NCBI GenBank assembly: GCA_951406725.2
Contig: OX597814.1
Span: 121,024,001-121,088,000 of the forward strand
DNA from: Octopus vulgaris
Taxonomy: Eukaryota
Direction of reading: 5' to 3'
DNA length: 64,000 nt
Made by a program: the position numbers and the translations under genes. This document shows positions 1 through 10,069 of this stretch, one piece after another (positions within the stretch are counted from its first letter, which is position 1; every line of letters starts with the position of its first letter). The notes beneath the pieces were generated by a model that saw only the letters and a list, made by a program, of their open reading frames with translations, made no database searches and had not been told where the DNA came from.

Positions 1-1301
1 TCCAGGCCATGTCTAGCTTAATAGCACAACCTGATAGGATTATTTGAATCCTGTTTAAGTCAAGTTTTGTTTATGGTCCATTCAATTAGTGAGTTTTTGT
101 TGGGTGAGTTTTATCCAATTATGGGTGGCTTATCTGGTATTCCTTGAAGGAATCTAACCACACTCCGTTTAAAGTTGATGGGATCCTTTTCCTCTTTGAT
201 CCCTTTCGGGACAATGTTAAATAGGGCAGGGCCTGTTGAGGAAAAGAAATTATGTTGCAGTGTACATATATACTGTGATCTGGAATTGGGCAGGGGACGT
301 ATGGCCCGTGGTCCCAGTCTTGGATGAACCTTGAAGCTAATGTTCAGGTCGTTTGGGCAAAGTTGGCGGTATATTCTCCACATCGTACAAATGATGTACC
401 GCTCACGGCGACGCTGGAGAGAGTAGAGTTTCAAGGCCTTAAGGCGATCCTAATAATCGAGAGCAGCCATGCCCTCAATTATTTTAGTGAGTGCCCTCTG
501 GGGTGATTCAATCCTCGAGATGTTTTGTCTTGTATGGGGAGACCACAGTGGGCAGCAGTATTCGAGTTGTGGCCTTACAAAGGAGGAGAAAAGTGGTATG
601 ATGACACCTTGTTCTCTGGACCGGAAAGTTCTTAAGATACAGGAACTCATCCTACGAGCTATATCTGCACTCCAACTGAGATCGTCATCAACAATTACAC
701 CCAGGTTTCTGATATTGTTAGAGGCTGCGAGCGGTTCCCCTGAAGGAAGTGAGTATGGCTGTTCTAGTGAGGAATTTCTTCTAAAATGCATCAGCTCAAT
801 TTTTCCCTCGTTCAGTTGCATTTTGTTTCTGTCTGCCCATTGACTCACAGCATATAGATCAGACTGGAGTTGAGTTCGGTCTGCTTCTTCATTGACGATT
901 TGCTGGAGCTTAGTGTCATCAGCAAATATTTTCACTTTGCAGTAATGTACGACACTGGAAAGGTCGTTTATGTAAATTATGAAGAGTAGCGGACCCAAGA
1001 CAGTCCCCTGGGGGACACCGATGGTGACTTTTGCCGGGCTTGAGTGGACTGCGTCAACTACAACATGTTGTGTTCTATTCGCCAGGAAATACTTGATCCA
1101 GTGTAGAACTTTTCCACGGATTCCAACATTTGCCAATTTTGAGAGTAGGATATTATGGTCTACCCTGTAGAACGCTTTACTGAAGTCAAGATATATGACA
1201 TCAGAGTTCGAACCTGTTCCCAAGGCTTTGAGTACATCATCAATATGGTGTAAGAGCTGTGTTATACAGGCCCTACCACAGCGAAAGCCAATGATTTGCA
1301 T
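1..1301 (-). mobile_element. 5'-truncated CR1/L2-group LINE, RT C-terminal half plus 3' end (frameshifted)
   Basis: ORF 450-1301 has RT motifs YLDFSKAF, GVPQGTVLGPLLF, FADD and VRPQLEYCCPLWSP. ORF 111-434 continues with LYSLQRRRERY. The 3' UTR motif at 1-33 recurs at ~16000 and ~19330. Confidence 0.9.
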
Positions 1302-1347
1302 TTAGGAGTGTGTGGGTCTCCAGGAATTCAGCTATATATATATTTAT

Positions 1348-1380
<33 letters not shown>

Positions 1381-1467
1381 ATATAAATTAGAGATAAAAC
1401 CACTAATATGCATCTCAAAAAGTGGTAGACATATATATATCTATATATATATGCATATGTATGTATG

Positions 1468-1514
<47 letters not shown>

Positions 1515-2326
1515 ATGCACATACAAAAGCCTATAGCAATCTGTAGGCGTATATACTATATATGTGCATCTTATCCTCAATAATGTTCATAATATTCCCA
1601 CCTGAATTGAATATGTCGGAGTACATCCGCTATGGAAACAAAACAGCGTATTACTGTTGTTGTGCAAAATTTGTAACTCTGCCAATAAAAATGCATCACT
1701 CCTTTCAGATCAGTGTAGAATTACAGCGATATTGATTATCGAACATTTATGAAGCCCCTATAAGAATTCTTGTCATAACTCAACCAGATTTAAAGATGGT
1801 CAAATTGTATTGTTGCTAGTTTTTTTGTATTCTTAAATTGAGGTCACGATCTATCAAAGTTCTGAATATTCATGCGTGTTTAGATCTTTCTTATTTACGG
1901 CAGCTGTATGTCTCTACAAGCAAAATTACGATTTTATTGAAAGACATTAAACAACTATTTCCTATGAAAAAAATATTCAATAAATACTTCCCTACGGACG
2001 ACAAAAGTTGCTGAAGTAGGATTTAGTATAATTTATGATAATTTTTGAGATGTACAAGAGTGCACGGCATAATAAATTTTAGAGCTCTATATTAAGGACA
2101 CAATTTTATGGAAGACAAACTTCAATTTGCCATAATAAATCGAAAATGACAAGTCTTCAAATCAATGCAGCTTTAGTGCTAAATGTCATAATATAGAAAT
2201 ATGGCGTCATATTTGAACATATCTGAATGTTACATAAGAAAAATATATGCAAGATGATACTATATATATTTTTCGGATCTCTCGTGGTTTTAGTGAATAG
2301 ACACTTATATACATACAAAATCATCA

Positions 2327-2537
2327 GGCCTCTTGGAGCTAATCAGCGACAGTTTTAGTCTTATATTTATAGATTACCATATTAGTATGGCGATAACTAT
2401 TATTATCCAGTAACGCTGCCGTAATCTCCTTTAGAGAGACTTAGTAATTTTAATATTTCTATTATTGAAAACAAGTGGATGTATTCCACTGTAACTAGGT
2501 AAATAAAATCTTCGAACAGACGGTCAGTAGCGACACC
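2327..2537 (+). repeat. Retrozyme-like ~360-bp tandem unit, partial copy A
   Basis: GGCCTCTTGGAGCTAATCAGCGACAG...GTAACGCTGCCGTAATCTCC recurs at 4424-4528 and 6278-6417. The copy ends in TCAGTAGCGACACC. Confidence 0.8.
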
Positions 2538-4259
2538 CGCTTTTTGTTTTTGGTGACAGATATTTCTGATTGCGTTATTGTTGTGTAGCTGTATTTTTTG
2601 GCGTCGGAAAAATTTTGACTACGTTATTGTGGTGTAGCGGTTCGTGAGATCGAATCCGGTGGTGGAAGTTGTTACGGCGTGGTGAAGTTTTTGAGATTTT
2701 TTCACGAAAATGGAGACCCAGACGTATGCGGGTGCAGCAGGCAAGGGCCTGGTTGCGAAGGAGTTGCAGTTAGAAGAAGTCATCGTCGAGAAGGAGACTT
2801 TGAACAAGTATTTCGACAGCTTGAAGAGGGAGGTTGACTGTGTGAAGGTCACACCACCCGAAGAAGAAGCGGAAGAAGCGGAGAAACGGATTATAACGTA
2901 CAAAACATGGACCGTGACTTCGAAGAAAATAGAAGTGGCACCGATAGAGGAAGTTGAATGCTGTCTTAAAGGAATAGAAGCAGAGTCTACCTACTATAAC
3001 AGAGGTAGAAAGTTCGCAACGGTGGTCGTCCACTTTAAAAGTGAAGACGAGGCGAAGAAGAACGCAACGAAAATTTTAAAAACTGATAGATGGATGTGTT
3101 TACCAAGCTACTGCGGGAAAAGGGCAGTCAGAATAAGAATAAGCAAGATTTCGCCCGAACTAAATATGGAAAGGATTTTAGCAGCAGTGGTGTTTAATTG
3201 CAAAGAAAACGTGGAAATGTTGAAAGTCGAAAAATCAAAAGATGTAAATTGGTGGGGTTATGCAGTGCAGGCGTTAGTCCACATTACAATGCCTGACCTG
3301 TATAACATCCCGGAGGAGTTGGTGTTCCCCGACGAGACACGTCTCAGAGACGTGGTGGAGGGGAGACCCTCAGTGTGTCACAAATGCAAAATAAGAGGCC
3401 ACATGAAGGATGTGTGTCCGCTGAGAGAAGAACAGGAGAAAACGATAGTACTGGAGACTTTAACGAATGAGTTGCAAGATGCGTGTGTGGAGGAGGGAGA
3501 AATCGTTACTATAGATAATGCGGAAAGTGGTGAAGAGTTGGAGAGAGAAAATAGAAAAAGAACGCGGGTGGAATCACCACCCAAAGAACAAAAAAAGAAG
3601 AAGAAAAAAGCGAAAAACAAGATTACTGACGAGAAGGAAAACCGAACGGGAGAAGAGGATACAAAAGCAGAAGTGAGTGAACCGCTAAAAGCAGTTGAAG
3701 AATGGGACAGAAAATTGAAACAGCAGTTGAAAGCTTGTAAGAGAGGAGGAGGACTCAAGGGAAAGAAACACAGAGTGGCAATGTTATACGACAAGGACTT
3801 AAATTTGGAAAAGATGTTGCCAGGTAGGAAAGACTTAATTAGAGTAAAGTTGACCCCAGGAATATTTGATAAATATTGGAAGGCGGTAATAGTGGAGAAA
3901 GAGACGGTACGCAAATTGAAGGAATATAGCGCATTTGAATGGTTATATTTACGTTATGACACCTTACCAGCTGATGTGGATCAAGAAGGCTTACTAGAGT
4001 ATATAACAGACGAAAGACCAGTCTATGCTGACGAGTACCCGACGTAGCAGAGTAATATATGTAATTGTAAAATTGTAAATTGTGAAATTGTAATTTAAAT
4101 GAAACTGCGAGCTTTGGGGGGCTCGTAAGCCGTTCCATCTCATCCATTATAAATATCCATTTCAATTCATAATTTTCGATTTTTTTACTTTATGTACCCC
4201 ACGTCCTGTCTTGTAATGTCCCCTCTTAATTCGGGCCTTAGTGCCTATAATAAAGATTT
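2538..4259 (+). mobile_element. ORF1-only (non-autonomous) Tx1/L1-like retroelement, copy 1
   Basis: Flanked by direct repeat (T)CAGTAGCGACACC at 2524-2537 and 4259-4272. Contains a single ORF, a 3' UTR ending ...CCTATAATAAAGATT, and no RT or endonuclease. Confidence 0.7.
2710..4047 (+). CDS. Tx1/L1-type ORF1p (Gag-like nucleic-acid-binding protein, RRM-like region plus CCHC zinc knuckle), 445 aa
   Basis: Uninterrupted ORF. IPEELVFPDETRLRDVVEGRPSV-CHKCKIRGHMKDVC is Cx2Cx4Hx4C in a Tx1/ZCCHC3-like context. Basic NLS-like stretch RKRTR...KKKKKK. Confidence 0.8.
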   Translation: METQTYAGAAGKGLVAKELQLEEVIVEKETLNKYFDSLKREVDCVKVTPPEEEAEEAEKRIITYKTWTVTSKKIEVAPIEEVECCLKGIEAESTYYNRGRKFATVVVHFKSEDEAKKNATKILKTDRWMCLPSYCGKRAVRIRISKISPELNMERILAAVVFNCKENVEMLKVEKSKDVNWWGYAVQALVHITMPDLYNIPEELVFPDETRLRDVVEGRPSVCHKCKIRGHMKDVCPLREEQEKTIVLETLTNELQDACVEEGEIVTIDNAESGEELERENRKRTRVESPPKEQKKKKKKAKNKITDEKENRTGEEDTKAEVSEPLKAVEEWDRKLKQQLKACKRGGGLKGKKHRVAMLYDKDLNLEKMLPGRKDLIRVKLTPGIFDKYWKAVIVEKETVRKLKEYSAFEWLYLRYDTLPADVDQEGLLEYITDERPVYADEYPT

Positions 4260-4539
4260 CAGTAGCGACACCTGCGGGTCTGACTACGCTGCATTGATAA
4301 AGGGCAACAAACATGAAACATGTCTGCAGATGTCTGACTAGCAAGATGAAGCGGCTGACCTCCCCTGTTCGAAGGTTTGTAATGGACGCAGGTTCGTGTG
4401 TCATATAGCTAGCTAGAGGCGGTGGCCTCTTGGAGCTAATCAGCGACAGCTTTAGTCTTATATTTATAAGACTGCCATATTAGTATGGCGATAACTATTA
4501 ATATCCAGTAACGCTGCCGTAATCTCCTAGGTAAATAAA
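4260..4539 (+). repeat. Retrozyme-like unit, copy B (deleted at its 3' end)
   Basis: Highly similar to 6117-6417 and 2327-2505. Contains a hammerhead. Confidence 0.8.
4289..4329 (+). ncRNA. Type I hammerhead ribozyme, U3-A8 core variant, stem II damaged
   Basis: CTGCA-TTGATAA-AGGGC AACA AACAT-GAAAC AT GTC^TGCAG. Stem I is CTGCA/TGCAG. Stem II has three mismatches relative to the 6144 copy. Confidence 0.7.
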
Positions 4540-6116
4540 GCGTTATTGTTGAGTCGAAGTTGTGAGATCGAATTCGTTGGTGGAAGCGTTTGCGGCGCTG
4601 GGAATTTTTTTCTCAAAAATGCAAACCCAAACGTATGCGGGAGCGGCAGGCAAGGGCCTGGCTGCGAGCGAACTACAGTTGGAAGAAGTTACAGTCAAGA
4701 AGGAGATTTTGAAGAATTATTTCGACAGCTTGAAGAGAGAAGGTGACTGTGTGAGGATCACACCACCTGAAGAAGAAGAAGCGAAAGATTCAGAGAAACG
4801 TATTATAACATACAGAACGTGGAACGTGACTTCAAAGAAAGTAGAAGTGGCACCGATAGAGGAAATTGAGCGCTGTCTGAATGGAGTTGAAGGAGAACCT
4901 ACTTTCTATAATAGAGGTAGAAAATACGCAACAGTGGTCGTTCATTTTAAAAACGAAGACGAAGCGAAGAAGAACGCCACGCAAATACTGAACACAGAAA
5001 AATGGATGTTATTACCAAGTTATCGTGGAAAAAGGGCAGTAAGAATACGAATCAGTAAGATTTCGCCGGAGCTGAACATGGAAAGAATCTTAGCGGCAGT
5101 GGTATTCAACTGCAAAGAAAGCGTTGAAATATTGAAAGTAGAAAAATCGAAAGATGTACAGTGGTGGGGTTATGCGGTGCAGGCTTTGGTTCATATAACC
5201 ATACCAGACCTGTATAACATCCCAGAGGAGTTGGTGTTCCCCGACGAGACTCGACTCAGAGTCGTGGTGGAGAGGAGACCACCAGTGTGCTACAAGTGTA
5301 AAATTAGAGGCAACATGAAAGATGTGTGTCCGACGAGAATATTGGAAGCTCTGACAGAGATATTGCAAATGGCAGATGAAAAATGTGTAAACACAGAAAA
5401 TGAGGAAAGTGGTGACGAGTTGGAGAAAGGAATGGAAAACACAGAAGGAAAAGTAGATAGAAAGAGAGCGAGGGTGCAATCACCACCTAAAGTTCAAAAA
5501 AAGAAAAAAGCTAAAAATAAGACAATAGACGAGATGGAAGATCGAACGTGCGAAGATAAGAATACAAAAGCGAAAGCGAGAGAACCGGCAAATTTAACGG
5601 CAGACCAAGAATGGGGAAGAAGAGTGAAAGAGAAGTTAAAAGTATGTAAGGAAGGAAGAAGACCCGAAGGAAAAAAATCTTAAGGTAGTAATATTGTATA
5701 TGAAAGACAAAGAAATCGAAAAAAGACTGGCAGCTAAGAAAGGTTTAATCAGGGTTAGGCTGAATCCAAAAATATTTGATGACCAAGTGAAGTCGGCGGT
5801 TGTAGAGAAAGAGACATTTATAAAATTGAAAAGTGTGTTTTCGACTGTTTGTGAAATGCAATATATCCGTTATGACAGTTTGCCAGCGATTGTAGACCAG
5901 GAGAAGTTAATAGAATACATTACAGATGAACGCTCAGTATAGCAGAACTGTATTTTAAATGAAACTACGAGTTTTGGGGGGCTCGTAAGCCATTCCATTT
6001 AATTCATTACAAATAATTCATTTTCATATTTTTCGATTTCTTAAATTTATGTACCCCATGTCCTATTTTGTAATATCACCTCTTAATTCGGGCCATCGTA
6101 CCTATAATAAAGATAA
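4540..6116 (+). mobile_element. ORF1-only Tx1/L1-like retroelement, copy 2 (5'-shortened)
   Basis: Paralogous to 2538-4259. Same 3' end (CCTATAATAAAGAT) abutting TAGCGACACC of the next repeat unit. Confidence 0.7.
4619..5942 (+). pseudogene. Second ORF1p paralogue. One +1 frameshift in an A7 run (~5671-5677), and knuckle His replaced by Asn.
   Basis: MQTQTYAGAAGKGLA... aligns with copy 1. Knuckle reads CYKCKIRGNMKDVC. ORF 5694-5942 matches the copy 1 C-terminus (RYDSLPAIVDQEKLIEYITDER). Confidence 0.8.
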
Positions 6117-6412
6117 TAGCGACACCTGCGGGTCTGACTATGGTGCATTGATAAAGGGCAACAGCCCTGAAACATGTCTGCAGATGTCTGACTAGCAAGG
6201 TGAAGAGGCTGACCTCCCCTGTTCGAAGGTTTGTAATGGACGCAGGTTCGTGTGTCAAATAGCTAGCTAGAGGCGATGGCCTCTTGAAGCTAATCAGCGA
6301 CAGCTTTAGTCTTATATTTATAGACTACCACATTAGTATGACGGTAACTATTAATATCCAGTAACGCTGCCGTAATCTTCTTTAGAGAGACTTAGTAATT
6401 TTAATATTTCTA

Positions 6413-6417
<5 letters not shown>
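6117..6417 (+). repeat. Retrozyme-like unit, copy C, ending in (TA)n
   Basis: Direct repeat of 4263-4528 and 2327-2465. Confidence 0.8.
6144..6182 (+). ncRNA. Type I minimal hammerhead ribozyme, U3-A8 variant, apparently intact
   Basis: TGCA-TTGATAA-AGGGC AACA GCCCT-GAAAC AT GTC^TGCA. Perfect 5-bp stem II, palindromic ACATGT stem III, GUC cleavage triplet (cut after 6178). Confidence 0.85.
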
Positions 6418-6464
<47 letters not shown>

Positions 6465-7671
6465 GTATATATACATACACACACGCACATATATATATTA
6501 GTACACACAGTGTGTATATGGGTGAAGTTACGTTTAAGCAATCCACCACAAAAAATATTTTGAATAGAAAGTGTATGTATTATTCACAAGGCAGCGCTTC
6601 CGTTGAAATCATTTTGGAACCTAGCCACAATCTCCATGGACTGAAAGCAAAATATTATCAATTTGTTTCAATTCTCTTTGATGACCTTGCCGATATATGA
6701 ATAGGAACGATGCGAGCCATTAAAAGAATGAATCTAGTCTATTTCTGGATGAATGCCCTAATAAACTTCAGTAGAAAACTGCAGCATTCCTGGAACAACA
6801 TATTATGGCGTTTTGGTATTGATAAATAATTTTGATGGATTGTGCTTGACAAACATACTCACATACATATATAATGTTATATTTGCTTCTTTAGGCTTAG
6901 AAAAGAATAATTTACTGAGAAAAAAGAATATGCGTATTTATTCTGTATTTTTAGAGTCTTTCAACTATCAATGTCTTGGAATTTATTTTCATGTCCGCAT
7001 CTATAACCTATTTTAGAGAGCCTGCATATTTTGGCTTATATATAATTTGTTAACAATCACACGAACGTGCGCGCACACGCACACCCACCCACACACAACG
7101 ATGCACACGCGTGTACATACACATATACACGGACGAAAATACACAAAATGATAACCACTGATTTATATTATAAAGAGCATTTCAATGGCAGAGTTTTCCA
7201 GTGATCTTTTCCTTGGAAATAATTTAGTCATACATATACATACACATATATAAAAAATATGTGTGCATATGCATGTGTATGCTTGCGTGTGTGTGTATGT
7301 TTGTGTTTGTGTGTGTGTATGTGTGTGTGAGTACAACATTTAGATATGTTTCTATCAAAATCATCCCAAACCGTGTCTAATTTAATAATAGTACCAATCA
7401 TTTTAAGACACGTTTTTGATATCTTGGTATAATATAGGAGAACAAAATGTGTAGTACTTAACTAATAGCAGGGGTTTTCAGTAAGTATTCAATAATAATT
7501 GCATTACAAAATTACGTAGTTTTCATTTTAGCCCAAGCTAGCTGTATTCAGAAATATGAAAATCAAAGAAGAATTTATAAATAATCATTGAGACTTATAC
7601 TTGTACAGCTGTTGTAAACAGATACACAGTTGATAACAAAGTATCGCCGTGAAGAGTGACTTCACATTATT

Positions 7672-7918
7672 TTTTATTTATTTATTTATGCGCCCTTTTC
7701 AAGCCTAGCCAGGGTCATGGGCCCTGTTTTCCAGTTTGTATTTCAGGCGTATGTGTTCTCCCCAGCTGGACGGGAGGCCAGTCCATCGCAGCGTTATCCA
7801 AGAAACAAGAAGAAAGAGTGAGAGAAATAAACACGCACAACGCCCGGTCTGCGAATCGAAACCGTGATCCTCTGACCGCGAATCCGCTGCCCTAACCACT
7901 GGGGCATTGCGCCTCCAC
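7672..7918 (-). mobile_element. tRNA-derived SINE
   Basis: Minus strand begins GTGGAGGCGCAATGCCCCAGTGGTTAGGGCAGCGG...GGTTTCGATTC (A and B boxes) and has an (AAAT)n tail. Confidence 0.8.
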
Positions 7919-8547
7919 GATATCACGTTATACGTGTCATTTAGTATGCAAGTGTAAATCGCTGTTATTAACTTAACTTATCTCTTTATTATATGGAGAT
8001 GTATATTTAGCGTGGTAGAGAGGAACTCAGCAAAAGAACGAGAGAATGTGATTATTGACGTTAACAGTTCGTAACGAATTCTATAAAACGTAACAGCTAC
8101 AAATTTAAAATTACTTTCATATATTATTCTAGATTAGCTTTACCTGATGTATCGATTTTACTTGCATTAATTTTTGACCAAAATATTCCTGTAAATCGTT
8201 CAACAAATAGTATGCAAGTTCTTTATATAAATATTGCCTGAAAGAATGTCCCATTCTGTATTATCTTATACGAATAACAAACCAGATATATATAGTAACA
8301 TTTGAAAGAAATGATTTTTGAAATTATTTCTGTCATAAAAGAGCACAGTTTAACCTTTAATCGTCTCTGTCAGTTAATGTTGACGTTATTCAAATGATTC
8401 TGAAATAAGCGATTTTATCTCTACACGTCTTTGACAAATGCTTGAAGTGGGGAAATGAAATTGATTTGATCTACATAATGTGAACATATATAATACACAA
8501 AGAACTATGATATACATATGTATGTGTGTGTACGTGTGTGTGGGTGG

Positions 8548-8592
<45 letters not shown>

Positions 8593-8596
8593 TACA

Positions 8597-10025
8597 CAGG
8601 CGGTGTCCTCCACTATCCATGATCGCATCTCCTCCTCCCGTCCCCCCACCGCCTCCAACCTCATTGTCCGCACCACTCGCACCCCCACAATAACCTAACA
8701 ACCCTGATCGCCCCAGCATCTCCTACAACTGCCCCACCGAACTCATCTCCAGATATCTTGACCGTGTCCTTGACCCCTAGCGGCTTCCCTCCTCTCTCAC
8801 ATCTATGACACCAACCATGCTCGTCGTCTATTCAGCCCTTTCTCCGTCCCTCCAGGCCCCTCTAAACTTCTCTTCACTCTTGACATCAAGAGACTATACA
8901 CAGTGATCCCTCACCACGAGGTGCTTCGGGCACTCCATCACTACCTTGATCTTCGACCCAATCCTCAACCTGACACATCCACACTTCTTCGTCTGGCCGA
9001 ACTTGTTCTCTCGCTTGACTGCTCGTTCACGGGTGATTTTTACCAGCAGGTTTCGGGTGTGTCCATGAGATCGAGAATGGGCCCCAACTATGCGAACATG
9101 CTCGTTGGCTACGTTGAGGCCCAAATATTCTTAAGTTTCACTGGCCCCACTCCCGAATAATACGGTCGTCATATTGACGACGGTATTGGTGCGACCTCAC
9201 TCTTCTGCGAAGAACTAGCCTTCTTCCTCTCTTTTGTCAAATATTTCCATCCTGCCCTCCACTTCTCCTGCACTATTTCCAACACTTCCGTCGCCTTTCT
9301 CGATATTTCGGACAGCATTCATCACTGCACTCTCACTACCTCTATGTACTACAAACACGCAAATACCTCAACTTCTCCTCCTCCCACCCTAAATACACTA
9401 ATCTCTCTATCTACTATTCCCAATTATTCCATCTGCGCAGGCTCTGCAGTGACAACCATGACTTTGAGACTCAATCTCAACTCCTGGCTCGCTACTTCAT
9501 CCTACGTGGGTATCCCCTCACCACTATCCACACCGCCCTTGCAAGAGCGTTTTGCGTAGACCGTGCATCTGCTCTCTACCCTCGCACCCCCCGTCACTCG
9601 TCTCCCGTTTCCCATTACCTACCACCCCTCTACCCTGCCTCTCTAATGCACATTTTCTGAGCCTTCCAGTGATTCCAGTTCGACCCCCCCACTTTGCACA
9701 TCTTCTCTAACCGACTCAGCCCCTCCTTCAAACGAACCCACAACATACGTGATCTCCTGGTCCACAGTTTCTACCCAAACCCAACCTCCCCAACCGGCTC
9801 GTTCTCCTGCTCTCGCCCACGCTGGAGCACTTGCCCTTACCTCTCCAACACCACCATCCTCAAAGGCACCCATCATCGACCCTATAATATCACTGACTCC
9901 TTCACCAGCACTTCTAACAAGGTCATCTACTGCATCACCTGCTCTCTCTGTCCTTCTCTGAACATCGGCCAAATGGGACGCCGCTTGGCTGACCGGCTCG
10001 CGAAAGACCTCCGAGACATTTCCGC
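8597..10025 (+). mobile_element. Degenerate Penelope-like element (Neptune-like): RT plus GIY-YIG
   Basis: LLRLAELVL...YQQVSGVSMRSRMGPNYAN (PLE RT). CSRPRWSTC, then VIYCITCSLC...IGQMGRRLADRL (GIY-YIG). Multiple stops and frameshifts. Confidence 0.85.
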
Positions 10026-10069
10026 ATGTATGTATACGTATACATGTATATACGTATACATACCAGTTT

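Noticed and set aside
2340-2490. Group I intron-like Q/R/S words (AATCAGC, GAGAGACT, GGATGTATTCC)
   Set aside because: P7 would have two mismatches and no P3 partner is found.
4350-4530. HDV-like or twister ribozyme, or U2 snRNA similarity, in the repeat unit
   Set aside because: The required pseudoknot pairings cannot be completed, and the U2 resemblance is only a few bases.
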